A stretch of 49,503 bases of DNA, the filler included, from Catajapyx aquilonaris (taxonomy: Eukaryota), in NCBI GenBank assembly GCA_000934665.2. It is 3 parts of 3 records of this genome, joined end to end, with 100 filler letters (N's around TTAATTAATTAA, not from the genome) between each part and the next. Parts side by side here need not be neighbours in the genome. Positions count along the whole stretch, not along the records: positions 16,485 to 33,031 come from JYFJ02007214.1; positions 33,132 to 49,503 come from KZ539657.1; 1 more part is not named here. One strand, written 5' to 3'. Positions within the stretch are counted from its first letter, which is position 1; each line of letters opens with the position of its first letter. Both the position numbers and the translations under genes were made by a program. Positions 25,837-36,679 of the stretch are shown here, one piece after another. The notes under the pieces were generated by a model. It searched no databases, was not told where the DNA came from, and worked only from the letters and a program-made list of their open reading frames with translations.

Positions 25837-26549
25837 CAAGTAACTTCTCTCTTCATCATCATGGAAGAGTATATCTTTTGTAATCCCCTCTGGGAAAGCA
25901 CCACATCCTATTAGTGCAGTCAGGGTAGAGCGGTTACTCTGTGATGACTGGTTGAGCACTGGTTCGAGCGGAATGCAAATTCTGCCATAATTTTTGTGCC
26001 ATTCCTGATTATGAACAAACCAACTGCAGTTCTTCCCACCGCAGTCACAGTCTTATTCCCAATTAATGCAGTCAGAACAGCATTCCAGGAGTAATTGTGG
26101 AGTGAACTGATTGGTGCTGAGTGGAGATCTAGGTAGGTTGCAAAATCTAACTCTGTGGTGTCATTGCCACGAGTGTTACTTGCGTTGCACAAAGTAGCTG
26201 CTTTTCTCTCCAAGTTCATGGTATCATTCTCAATAATTGCAGCCAGAGCAGGGCAGGTATTTGGAGAGTTATTTTGGGGTGTACTGACGAATGTTGCGTG
26301 AAGATCCAGGTCGGTTGCGTAACCAGGCTCAGAGGTGTCATTGCCACTAGTGTTACTTGCGCTGCACAAAGCAAGTGCAGCTTTTCCCTCCAGGTTTATG
26401 TTATCGTGCTCAATAATATTGCAGGGCAGGTATTTGGAGTTTTTTTTGGGGTGTACTGACCAATGTTGAGTGAAGATCCAGGTCGGTTGCATAATCAGAC
26501 TCAGGGGTGGCATTGCCATGAGTGTTACTTGCGCTGCATAAAGCAAGTG
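25837..26549 (-). pseudogene. frameshifted exon with three ~59-aa repeats rich in N-x-S/T sequons
   Basis: Repeats ALCSASNT.GN.T.E..YATDLDLH with nucleotide periods 172 and 177. Frameshifts at the T-run ~26440-26448 and near 25960. Ends at donor TTG|gtaagt. 5' end cut by an unrelated ~140-bp-period repeat (26555-26730). Confidence 0.5.
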
Positions 26550-26789
26550 ACATGCTCATATTGACCTCTTGACCCCTATTTTGGAGGGCACAGGTCAAAT
26601 GATCAAATCCCGTAGTTTCCAACCGATTCTCTTCAAATTTGTTGCATATGTAGCCCACCCCACCGTATGAAAAACCTACATATAATGATCTACTCATATT
26701 GACCTCTTGACCCCTATTTTGATGGGCACATATAGACGTGCCGTATATCAACTGGCTGTACAGTACAAGACATTTAACTTTTCAAGAAT

Positions 26790-27050
26790 GATCCAGTTGC
26801 TTTGTGTGACGTCGAAAGGTCATTTTCAGCGTATAAAGTTGTACGCAGTCACACCTGCATCGTCGACAAAATAATAATGAAAAAACTCAAATATGGAACA
26901 ACTGCTAATTTGTTACTGTGCCGCAAAATTCCATGGCCAAGAGTAGGCTATAGGCATGGGACTGAAAATAAATTACGACCTGCTTGATATTTAGTGACTA
27001 TTTAAGAGCCTATTTTAACTATTTTAGCTAGGCCTATTTGAGGGTTTTTT
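26790..27050 (+). mobile_element. remnant of hAT transposase C-terminus and 3' subterminal region
   Basis: PVALCDVERSFSAYK resembles the hAT dimerisation motif (P.TS..VERSFS). Followed by repeated (gc)ctattt motifs. Confidence 0.6.
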
Positions 27051-27235
27051 AGAAACTAGATATCCGTTCTTTGACTATGAGCTATGGAATATGGACTACC
27101 TCCGACAGTATTTTGGGCATGATAAGAGTCGCCTCCTCGTGGTGTGTCATCACTTGCAAGCGACTTTTGTGTCAAGTAGCCCAGCTGCACACCCTGCCCA
27201 TGAGATAGAGTGATGCTACCAAGGCGACTAGGCAG

Positions 27236-29048
27236 GTTGGCTACACTTGCATTGTAGCCAATGTTGTCAACAACTCCTTCACCCATGAGCTGCCAGCAAC
27301 AAGTATAGGACGTTTGAATTTGGGATCTGCTGCAAGGACCCCATAAATAACGTGAGTAGGCCTACCCCATAACCTGTCCCTGGCACGCTTATAACAGCTC
27401 CAAGAATCTGAATGTAGCAGCGCATGTACGGGTACACCAGAATGCTGTAAATCCACACAGATGCAGGCCTTGTTTATCGCGGCTATGTTCGAATGACGGA
27501 GGGAGGCCATAACCATGCATCAAGCCATGCATGCTCTGACAGGGTGGCAAAAGCGAGGTTGCATGGTCTACAGCTACAGTCAATCTGTAACGGATGGTCA
27601 ATGTAAAAGAACTGATGGACAGATGAACTGATGCCGCCCGATCATAATTTATACTTTGTTCAGCGAAAGAATGTCATGGCTTCACTCTCTCTAACAATGA
27701 ATGACTCCCAGCTCGCAGGTTGACTGGTGACTTATTCCTTGCCATTCATTGTTAGCGAAAGAATGCCATGATTTTACTTTACTAATTCACTTCGCGTTCA
27801 TACAACATTACAACCGGTCCTGTTACTACTTTACTTTTCACTATCTTACTTCAATTGACTCCGGATATAACAGCCTCGGTTATAACGGACTTTCGGTTAT
27901 AACAGACTCGAAAGGCTGGTCCCGCCATACTTCCATAAGGCCCTGTGTATTTTAAATCCTGATATAACAATCATAATCATCTCACCTCGGATATAACAGA
28001 CCATTCTTTGGCCACTCGCCGGGAAAATATTCTGTTTTTGATTATTATTAGTATTATTCAACCACGCACAGGAAGGCAGAGAGAATACTGGAGGGAGGGG
28101 GGGGGGGTGATTTTCGCATCTGTCACTGATTTAAGTTCTCAAAATCATACTTCTTCTGGTATATTATTTTAGCAACAAGGAGACGGCAGAAGAAAATTGC
28201 GGATTTTGTTTGGTCCTGCCTAATTTACGGGTGAGCCAATTTTGCATTTTTGTGTATAGTTTCATTTGGAAATGCAGTAGTGTCCATTATAAGTAGGACG
28301 TTTGAATTTGGGATCTTCTGCGCAGCAAGCAGAAAACTTGTGTATTCGCTGCAATATAGTGTGGCTATTTGGCTATAACTGACCATAGCTATTGCAGACT
28401 TTTTTCAGCGGCTCTTGAAGTCTGTTATATCCGGAGTCAACTGTATTTACATTTACTCGTTATATTTACTAAATGATTTTGAATCGTGGCATTTTTACGC
28501 TGGACAAAATATAGACGGTAGGGTAAATGGGACTGGAAATTGTACAAATGAAAGAGTTTTGGTTTCTGTCTTGCCACGATGCGTGAAGTGCTCGCTTATA
28601 GGGAGTGTTGCGAACCTGGATTAACTTATTCATCATCTGATTTCACATTAACATTAGTGAAAGCTGTAGTAGTCTACTACCCTTCATTATCGTTCACATA
28701 ATCGGGTCTTCAACAAGCCGGGTTCGCAACACTCCGCTTAATAGCCACCAAACTGTGCCCCAGTTCTGGCGTCTGTCCTCAGTGTTACCTCGGAGGTGAG
28801 TGAATGATATCAGAAAGGTCTTGGCTACCAGGTGAAACTGGGAAGGATGTTTCTGACAGTAAGAGAAATCCAGTAGAACAAAATTATCTCCCCCCGCACG
28901 ATATTCAAGCTATACCTTATTAATCTATGACTCAGGAATATTCAATTCAACATGCCACCATCATTGGCTAGTCTCATGCATCTATGGCAAGAAATAATAT
29001 TATGAGACGACATCAGGTACACAAACAAAGGCAGCACCCATCCAATAG
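27236..29048 (+). pseudogene. degenerate copy A of an unidentified multi-exon gene
   Basis: Exon-like blocks 27236-27351 (..LNLGSAARTP*|gtgagt), 28783-28860 (CYLG..PGETGKDV) and 29017-29048 (GTQTKAAPIQ*). Collinear with copy B, with stops and frameshifts. Confidence 0.45.
27852..28443. mobile_element. pogo/Tigger-type MITE
   Basis: TIR caattgactccggatataacag / ctgttatatccggagtcaactg|TA, with internal ggttataac(g/a)gac repeats. Confidence 0.75.
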
Positions 29049-29508
29049 TGGTAACCTATCCACTGTGAAAGGTAAAGTGAAATTACTCTGCTCACTCAGA
29101 CCGGATCCATATATATTAATATACGTAAAATATGCAACCAGCATCAAAGATTGAATTAGGTAATTATTAATGAATGCTAACAGCGCAATAGTATTGTCAA
29201 TGTAAGAAATCTAGAGCAATGAATCAAACATGAGTATAAGAAAAACTAAATGTGTTTTATGAGAATATCGTTGTCGAGCCAATAACAACTGAGCATTTTT
29301 CGAAAGTGACTACGTAATGTTTGCAATATAATTTAATAGCTAATTTAAAGAAAAAGCTATGGAAATTAAAACCCAATGTATAGTGACAAATCGGAGATGT
29401 CTATATTGTATAATGGGCAATGGGCATATATGCGAGATATGAATATTCGCCATTTATGGGAGAATATTTTGTAAAACCAATTTCACTCTCGGATAATATA
29501 GAATGTAT

Positions 29509-29825
29509 GGGGAGGAGGAGTGGTGCTGCGTTAACGCACGCGCCCACGGATGTTAAGGTCCCGGGTTCGATCCGAGCCCGGGGTTCCCCCCTTCATCTCG
29601 TGCAGAGTTGGGCCATCTTTGGCTTCGTCTCGGGTGGAAATTTCCGCTACACCGGGGGAGCTCACAAAATGACCAATATACGACATTGCACTTGAGCTTT
29701 GCACATCCCCTCCTACTTACCCTTGGAACAACTTAACACATCCAGTGTATGGTTCCAAACAAATGGTGGTATCCCACTCCCCCAATAAGGGCACAAGGTC
29801 CGAGAACGGGGTACAATTTAATATA
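29509..29825 (+). mobile_element. tRNA-derived SINE, copy 3 (same head, different tail)
   Basis: Head and body match copies 1-2. 3' end atggtggtatccc...gagaacggggtacaa differs. Imperfect TSD aatgtat. Confidence 0.8.
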
Positions 29826-29975
29826 ATGTATCTTACTAGAAAGTCAACCGTCAGTTAGCTTCGCTACTGGTTGACCCAAACCACTCGCAAATGTACCATA
29901 CACTTGCGGCAACCCCGCCTCTTTTAGGGAGATACCCTGTCAGGTGGACTCGCTGACTTTACAAGTACACTTTTA

Positions 29976-30527
29976 AGCTGGGTTTACATGTGAGCGAAAT
30001 GATCAGCGATTTGCATCGCCAGCGATGAAATCCTAACGAAAGCAGTGATTTGGGCCGAAAGTAGCAATCGCGTTTAAGAAGGGAGGGCCTCGGCGATGAC
30101 ATCGCTCAAGGACATGGCGACGACATCGTCGCTCACTTGTGGCGTATTCGGGTGGCTGTACTGTGACGGCGTGTGGTGACAGAAAGGTCCCTTGTTCCAC
30201 CAAAACACAGAAGCCGAGTATATTCGCGATACAGGCCGAGGGAGTCTCTTCGCCATTCCAAAATTCGAGCCATAATAAACAACCCGATCGTCTTTTGTCT
30301 CCTTCCGATAGTCCTTTGCGCGGGCGATGCTGTTGGCATGCTGTGGCGATGCTGTTGGCATGCCGTGGCGATGCACGTCGCCGGCATGTAAACACACGGG
30401 CGAAGCTTAAGCGATATCGCTTGAGTCATGACGTCAGAACCGCTACAATGCATCGCCGAAATGCATCGCCGAAATGCATCGCCGCGATGCATTTCGCTGA
30501 TCATTTCGCTCACATGTAAACCCACCT
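29976..30527. mobile_element. PIF/Harbinger-type MITE
   Basis: TTA|AGCTGGGTTTACATGTGAGCGAAATGATCAGCGA ... TCGCTGATCATTTCGCTCACATGTAAACCCACCT|TTA, with many internal catcgc/gcgatg repeats. Confidence 0.85.
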
Positions 30528-31401
30528 TTACAGTGGCTAGTGGCACACCCGCGCTACGCTCGGCACTGTGACGCTAGATTTCGGGCTGGAATATATGAAA
30601 GACTTAGGTCATAAAAGGTTGAGTCATAAAAGTAGAGTTTCGCATGTAAAAGTGTTGTACGCAACACGCTGAATAAGATCAGAAATTATGTGAATCCCAG
30701 AAGGATCAGTAGTGGACAGAATTTACCTGACACATTTTTCATTTATTTCCCAGTGTTCACCTTTCTGACACTTATAGCCTGTTAGAGTGAAAGCCTTGAA
30801 ATATCCGTGATGAGGCGTTGAGTTTGCGAACACACCCACTCACGTGACTGCCTCCCGATGACGGTGTGCAAGTTGCGAAGTCACCCCTAACGATGGTGTG
30901 GAAGTTGCGAACTCCCAAACTGACATGACTTCTACCGCTATCTGGCGTTAAGTTTGCTAACTCACCCTTAATGTGAATACCAACCGCTGGATGGTGGGGC
31001 AATGGCGAACTCGCCGAGGGCGCGGAGCCACCTGGAGGGTCCATACACACGTGCCAGCTAGGCCGGCGTGCCTCAACTCGGTCGTACAAACAGTTATTTT
31101 TAAGCTTTGAAAACCTTTCGTCGCTGGATATAAAGGTATAGGCTTCCTTATAGAGTTCTGTGCTTTAAAAAAATCCAAACTTCTCTAACTCGAGTCTTCT
31201 TAGCTATAACTCGAAGTTTTTCCGCGGTCCCATGGAGATTCGACTCATAGAGGTTTTACCGTACATGTCTCGCTTTATAATGGAGATTGCCTAATGAGTA
31301 GGATAATTATGAGGATGATAATCATTAGGACTACTGATTGGATTTTGAGACATGGCTTCTGTCGTAGCCATAATAATTATCACTCTCATAATATATTATC
31401 C

Positions 31402-31469
31402 TGCTGTTGGTTAGCTACACCTCCAATGTAGCCAATTGGCTACATTGGAGGTGTAGCTAACCAACAGCA
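31402..31469. repeat. perfect 68-bp palindrome with no spacer
   Basis: tgctgttggttagctacacctccaatgtagccaa|ttggctacattggaggtgtagctaaccaacagca. Confidence 0.97.
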
Positions 31470-31472
31470 ACA

Positions 31473-32912
31473 ATGTCAACAACCTCTTTAAACAGCAACC
31501 TGCCGCCAGACGGAGGTTCTGATTTTTGCTCTGCTGGAAGGACCGGTCTTAAGAGGGTGAGTGCCGAAAAATATGTGCCTCCCGTGTTTTTGGAAGTGTC
31601 AAGGGCCCAAATATTGTCGTGGAGTGGCAGCGGAGTGCTGAACATCCACGCAAACGACGACATAATTATTAATCGCGACTAGTGTTCGAATGGACCTAGG
31701 CTGGGGAGAAAAAAATATTTCTTATGGTTATGGGGTGCTAAGGTCGTTGAATGATGGCCAATGAAGACGAGTTGGTTTTCACGGTTGGTTTTGGTTTACC
31801 ATCCGATCATAGGTACGGGATAGTCCAGAACAAAAAATAGCTTAGGTCTCTGCGTTGCCGTGATGCATAATGCTGTCGCTTCTGTTCTTTTCTTACGGTA
31901 ATAGTGAACCATAATATTATTTTAAAATTTGTGGGAACACGTGCCACCATCAGAATGACACATGGTGTTAAACACAGAAATGTTGCAAAATTGGGACGTT
32001 CGGGAGCTTGCTGGCTTTCAACCCTTGTCCCAGACACACTCCTCCCCTAATGTTTTAGCCTACATCATTATTTTTTTTGCGCCTCTATCTCACTTCACAA
32101 AATCGGGTCACTTTCCTCAGTGCTGGATTAATGGCTATACACCAGCTGAAAATGGCAAAGATGTTTATATGACCGCCGCGCCGGGGGAGTACAACAGTAC
32201 CGGTACTTCTCCTCATGATACTCATGCAGGAATTAAAAGCAGCAAGGGAGGCGTGGTAGTCTAGTGGTTACGCCACTGACTAGCCAAGCGGGAGGCCGGG
32301 GTTCAAATCCCGTCCCCGTCACCTCTGCTTGGCAGGGTCTTTTTCCGCTTTTCACCCGACACGCCGGGTCAGCATTGCACTCCCTTAGCTGCCCGGGGCC
32401 AGAGAAAAGGTCTGGTGATCTGAGAGAGTCGAGAGTGACTATAAACCGTGGATATGCCCTCCCTTGGGAACCTCCCCCCCCCCCCCCCCCCCCCCCCCGA
32501 TGGTATCTCCACCTTATCGTGGTGGTGGGGTTTGCGTTTCTCCCACTTCGTCTACTGGTCGGGCCACCCAAGCCGGACAGGTCTTTGGGATAGGAGACAG
32601 ACTAAGAGAGATGCCAGTCTTTCCTCTCCTCTTTTTCCTCTTCGTTTCTCTCTCCATCTCTCCCACCTTTGCTTCTTCTTATAGCCAGGTAGCCATAGTT
32701 GCTTTGGCCAAACCAAACCAAGCCAAACCTTTCCCCTCCCCCCAAAACGAGCCGCAATGGCTCGAGCACGGGGTAACAATTAAAATAATAATAATAATAA
32801 AGAATTAAAAGCAGCATATTACCACAATTTGCTACTCTCATTCAGCTATGGCCCTTAATTTTATTAGGCAACTTAAGGTGCGCCAACAAAGGTAGAAGCC
32901 ACGCACGATTAG
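31473..32912 (+). pseudogene. copy B of the unidentified multi-exon gene (5' part disrupted)
   Basis: Phase-compatible exons 31473-31556 (..SDFCSAGRTGLKR|gtgagt), 32121-32202 (CWINGYTPAENGKDVYMTAAPGEYNST) and 32878-32912 (GAPTKVEATHD*). Homologous to copy A. Confidence 0.45.
32245..32801 (+). mobile_element. tRNA-derived SINE with RTE/BovB-like 5'UTR module
   Basis: tRNA head (tggtagtctagtgg, ggttcaaatccc). ccaccttatcgtggtgg..gggccacccaagccggacaggtc (32509-32608) resembles the conserved RTE 5'UTR. (AAT)n tail. 15-bp TSD gaattaaaagcagca at 32230-32244 and 32802-32816. Confidence 0.85.
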
Positions 32913-33031
32913 TGTTATCCACTGTGAGTTGAATCGAAGGAAACGTCACATCATGCTGCACCTGATTGACGATTATTTGCACGGGTAAAGTTTACATTGA
33001 TCAAAGAATTCACAATAGGGTTAATGAAGGT

Positions 33032-33131
33032 NNNNNNNNNNNNNNNNNNNNNNNNNNNNNNNNNNNNNNNNNNNNTTAATTAATTAANNNNNNNNNNNNN
33101 NNNNNNNNNNNNNNNNNNNNNNNNNNNNNNN
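33032..33131. other. assembly linker N44-TTAATTAATTAA-N44
   Basis: Same 100-bp structure as 16385-16484. Confidence 0.95.
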
Positions 33132-34724
33132 TGTAGCTCAATTGGTTCACGAGATATGACCGATTTCTGAAACCCTACCTTCCGAAAAGGACGTTTTTTT
33201 CGGTGGGCCTATCTCCGGGGAGGGGGGGGTAAATCTCAAAACCGCGCAAATGGTATTTTTGAAAGACGTAATTAAAGCGATTCGCCGATTTTCGTCAAAA
33301 TCTGACAACCCAAGGGTCAGGGGGCTCGGTGAATTGACATGGAATGACCCTACTTATCTGCCCAGATTTGTCTGAAATCCTGAGAAAAAGGGCCTAATTA
33401 CTTGTTCCGAAGAAAAAGGGCCTCATTGCAAGAAGATATGAATTTTTTTGAAGCACTTCGAGCAGTTGTTTGCCAATGTGTCATTGTTAATAAATGTGGA
33501 ATACATCAACCTACATGTGAAATTTTTCTCATCCCTGAATAAAGAAATGAAGTGAGCAAAAACACATTTCCCTCTTTCCCTAAGTTCCACAGATTTGCTA
33601 TGAGGCCCTTTTTCCCAGCAGCCCTTCAATTAGTAATGTATTTGCGTTACGTCAGTCATATTTGGTGACACTAGTTGTGACCGACATAAGGTTCAGTATA
33701 TGTTAAGTTTGAGGCGTGGGTCATGCAAGGTTCGTGAGAAAATAATATATTATAATATATATAATATGTTTTGCAGATATACCGTTAATATTTCACTCTT
33801 CTAAAAAAAACATTTTTGCTCCTTCTGAAGATGTGAATAGTGATTCTTATAGTACTTCTCGCCCTGATTCCAAATCTGCACTTCTAATTGTGTTGTCTAG
33901 GCACAGTTTTCGAGATATACTGCATTTGATTTGGAATCAGCGACGAAGATATTTATTGAAAGACATATCATAACCTGAGAAAATTTACCCTTGTCGAACA
34001 TTGTTATTCAAATTTATGGTCATTTTCGCATAATAACCCAGGTAGCACATACATATCGGCCCAATATAGGTAGAACGACTGAGCCAATATCGGTACAATA
34101 TTGGGTGACGATATTGGACCAACCTAAAAGTGTTAACAAGTGTTTTGTTCTGCAGATTCTGTTTGGCCAAAATCCGCAATTCAAATTTTTCATTTTGCAG
34201 TTTTTGAAACATGGAAAAAATCACAAATGGAGCGAGGCGCAAGGAAGAAATATTTTCATTTAATTGCAATAGTGACGGGTAGATTAGAGCCTGATTTGTC
34301 GAGATCAATAATTGCTCAACGAGATTCAACATTTTGGCAACAGGATGATAAAGCCTTGACAATTCATTGTTAGTGTTCATGAACCTGTCATTTCAAGATC
34401 AAGTCAATTTACCATTGCTTTGCAAGTTAATTCAGATTTGTCATTATCTCAAGTCATTTAATTGGACATTGAAAGCGTTCCAAGTTTTGATTTTATGCAA
34501 AACCGAAACTGGAAACAATGTGCATAGGACATTACGGACTTTTATTAAAGTTACTGCCTTTGAAGAGATGCTTTCCCCGACTTAAGTACAGCCAAAGAGT
34601 TAAGTGGAATAGATTTTAATAGATTCAATAATCTTATTTGTCACTGGAAATTTATTGCATGGTTCAATGTTGAAAATACACATATTTACAAATTCGCCAT
34701 ATTCGGCCTTGCACAAAACTGGCA

Positions 34725-35290
34725 TTAGTAGCCGTAAGACTGCTTCTCGTACTTGGGCTGCTCGTAGCTCTGCTCGTACTTGGGCTGCTCATACTTCTGC
34801 TCGTAGCCGTAAGACTGCTTCATCTCGTACTTGGGCTGCTCGTAGCTCTGCTCGTACTTGGGCTGCTCATACTTCTGCTCGTAGCCGTAAGACTGCTTCT
34901 CGTACTTGGGCTGCTCATACTTCTGCTCGTAGCCGTAAGACTGCTTCTCGTACTTGGGCTGCTCATACTTCTGCTCGTAGCCGTAAGACTGCTTCATCTC
35001 GTACTTGGGCTGCTCGTAGCCGTATGACTGCTTCTCGTACTTTGGCTGCTCATACTTCTGCTCGTAGCCGTAGGACTGCTTCGGCTGGTAGTAGGTCTGC
35101 TTGTCATAATACCCGTAGGACTTCGGAGCCGCCTTCTCGTAGACAGTAATCAATCCCATACTCAGCAGCCGAAGTGACGGCGACCAGCGCCAAGAAGACA
35201 GACAGGAACTGAAAGGGATCACAAATAGCAGTTAAGGAAACTAACTAATCCTATACACACTTGCACAACGATACTGACTCCGCAATACAT
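34725..35290 (-). CDS. secreted Tyr/Gln/Lys/Glu-rich repeat protein (cuticle, eggshell or glue-like), one frameshift as assembled
   Basis: Exon 1 35290-35279 (MYCG|gtcagt), 70-nt intron, exon 2 from 35208 FLSVFLALVAVTSA (signal peptide), then YEQPKYEKQSYG repeats to TAA at 34725. One extra G at 35155-35157 separates the two frames. AATAAA at 34651-34656. Confidence 0.8.
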
Positions 35291-35375
35291 GACTGAACTC
35301 CAGTATTTCCAGTAACACGTGTTAGAAGTAAAATAATGTACGAGAAAAGAAGAGGGGTCATTGAGGGACACCTGG

Positions 35376-35383
35376 CTTTTATA
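35376..35383 (-). promoter_or_regulatory. TATA box of the repeat-protein gene
   Basis: Consensus TATAAAAG on the minus strand, ~85 bp upstream of ATG 35290. Confidence 0.7.
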
Positions 35384-36033
35384 CTGGTCAGCAGCTCTCT
35401 GATTGGATGCTGACTCAATATGACTTGTGGCACGTGACTTGAGGAGACACACACGGTTTCTTGCACGAAAGAATGGCCCTTTCCCATCGCCTCAGGTCGT
35501 GACTTTCGATATCAGCCTTCGTCACGTCGCGTCGTCACCATAATTATTATATATTTTTTTACGCTGCTTTAAATTATATTTTATGCTTGGCACAAATAAG
35601 CAGTGCAGTTACTGACGTAATAACAGTTTGTTAGAAATAACATGCATTAACATTGCTGCCATTTGCTGCCTAACAAGTAACATAAGTCACATCGGGGTTA
35701 GATCGGCTGCCATTTTAGGGCCAACATTGGCCTTAGTCCGGTAATAGTCGCAGTGCTTTCTGTGGAGTCACATCGGGATTAGATCGACTGCCGTTTTAAC
35801 GCCGACATTGGCCGTAAACCGGCTAGATCGGCCAAGATATGCCCAGTTTCACGACCATGGGCCAATATCGTGCCAATCATGGGCCGTTTTTTTGTGCTGC
35901 CTGGGAAAGAGCTACAGAGACGCCATCACCTTATTCTACAACGATGATCGGACCTGGACGAAGAATCAACGGAAAATAAATGCTTGTAATATTTTGTACG
36001 CTACAGAAAATATTGACACTCGTTTATGAATAA

Positions 36034-36280
36034 TACATTGAAATCCCAATAACTCGAATACCACAATAACTCGAAATTTTCGATAAGTCGAAGAAAATCT
36101 TGGACTTGGCGGATTCTCCATACACTCGTACGTATGTAATGCAAATTGAATTCCGATAACTCGAATTAGTATAACTCGATTTTATCGATAAGTAGAATAT
36201 ATTTTGTGAACTCCACAGCACTTTGACTATTAATAAGTCGAATTTTGTCAACAGCCTGCGGGGAATATCCAAGTTCGGCA
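36034..36280. mobile_element. Tigger/pogo-like MITE fragment
   Basis: ta-cattgaaatcccaataactcgaa start with repeated ataactcga/ataagtcga motifs. Absent from the paralogous interval 45995-46045. Confidence 0.5.
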
Positions 36281-36679
36281 AACATGGTGGTATGATTTAT
36301 TCTGGGAGATTTCTCCCCCAGCTAGTTAATTCTGGATAAACCGCGAAGGAATGTACAAAGCCCTCTGAAAGCCACGTCTTTTAAGCTCCTTTTCCTGTAG
36401 GTAGTGACGCATGCATTTCTTTGCCGTGGTGACATACCTTTTGCCTCAGAACAATCAGAGGCCCATTCAGGTCAACAAACGATACTTTCGTTCTGCAATA
36501 ATATGACAAACATCAATATTCACAGCATAAAGGCGAGAAATACATACAAATAATTATCATGACATGACTCTTACTGAACGGCCAAGGTCGGTACAGGTGT
36601 AACAATGCCAGCACAGAATTATAATTTCTTATTGACATGCCAATCACACCTGAATAATATTTTGGAGGCACCATAACTG

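Larger units (their letters stand above)
34037..35905. mobile_element. non-autonomous CACTA/EnSpm-like (CCC-type) element carrying a host gene
   Basis: TIR CCCAGGTAGCACA vs CCCAGGCAGCACA (12/13). ccaatatcg-type subterminal repeats at both ends. 2-bp TSD aa. The flanks rejoin into contiguous GPCR sequence. Confidence 0.8.
34004..36035 (+). pseudogene. relic of a GPCR2-type gene (intron 4 end and exon 5), split by the CACTA-like insertion
   Basis: 34004-34036 matches GPCR2 intron 4 end/exon 5 start (ttatt..ttatggtcattttc..ataa). 35906-36035 matches GPCR2 exon 5 (aaagagctacagagacgccatcaccttattctacaacgatg.., 45851-45995). Confidence 0.85.

Noticed and set aside
25824..25838. 15-nt identity (aatgtccacttacca) with the FREP1 exon 3 donor at 39449-39463
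   Set aside because: About half is the splice consensus and there is no flanking protein similarity; too weak to claim homology.
25550..25914. Poly-Tyr and poly-Leu ORFs
   Set aside because: Translations of the (ATT)n SINE tail.
29835..30565. Helitron-like ACTAG plus stem-loop starts at 29835 and 30537
   Set aside because: Only short motif resemblance; no matching opposite ends or Rep/helicase sequence could be identified.
31473..31556. DFCSAGRTGLKR resembles the PKA-inhibitor (PKI) motif FxxxGRTGRRNA
   Set aside because: It lacks the essential RRNA pseudosubstrate, and the paralogous block reads NLGSAARTP, so the resemblance is probably chance.
34725..35100. Repeat array as a possible CRISPR
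   Set aside because: No unique spacers, unit lengths are multiples of 3, and the context is eukaryotic.
34655..35149. 164-aa plus-strand ORF (RTWAAHTSARSRKTAS repeats)
   Set aside because: Antisense shadow of the YEQPK repeat gene; TATA, intron, signal peptide and poly(A) signal are all on the minus strand.
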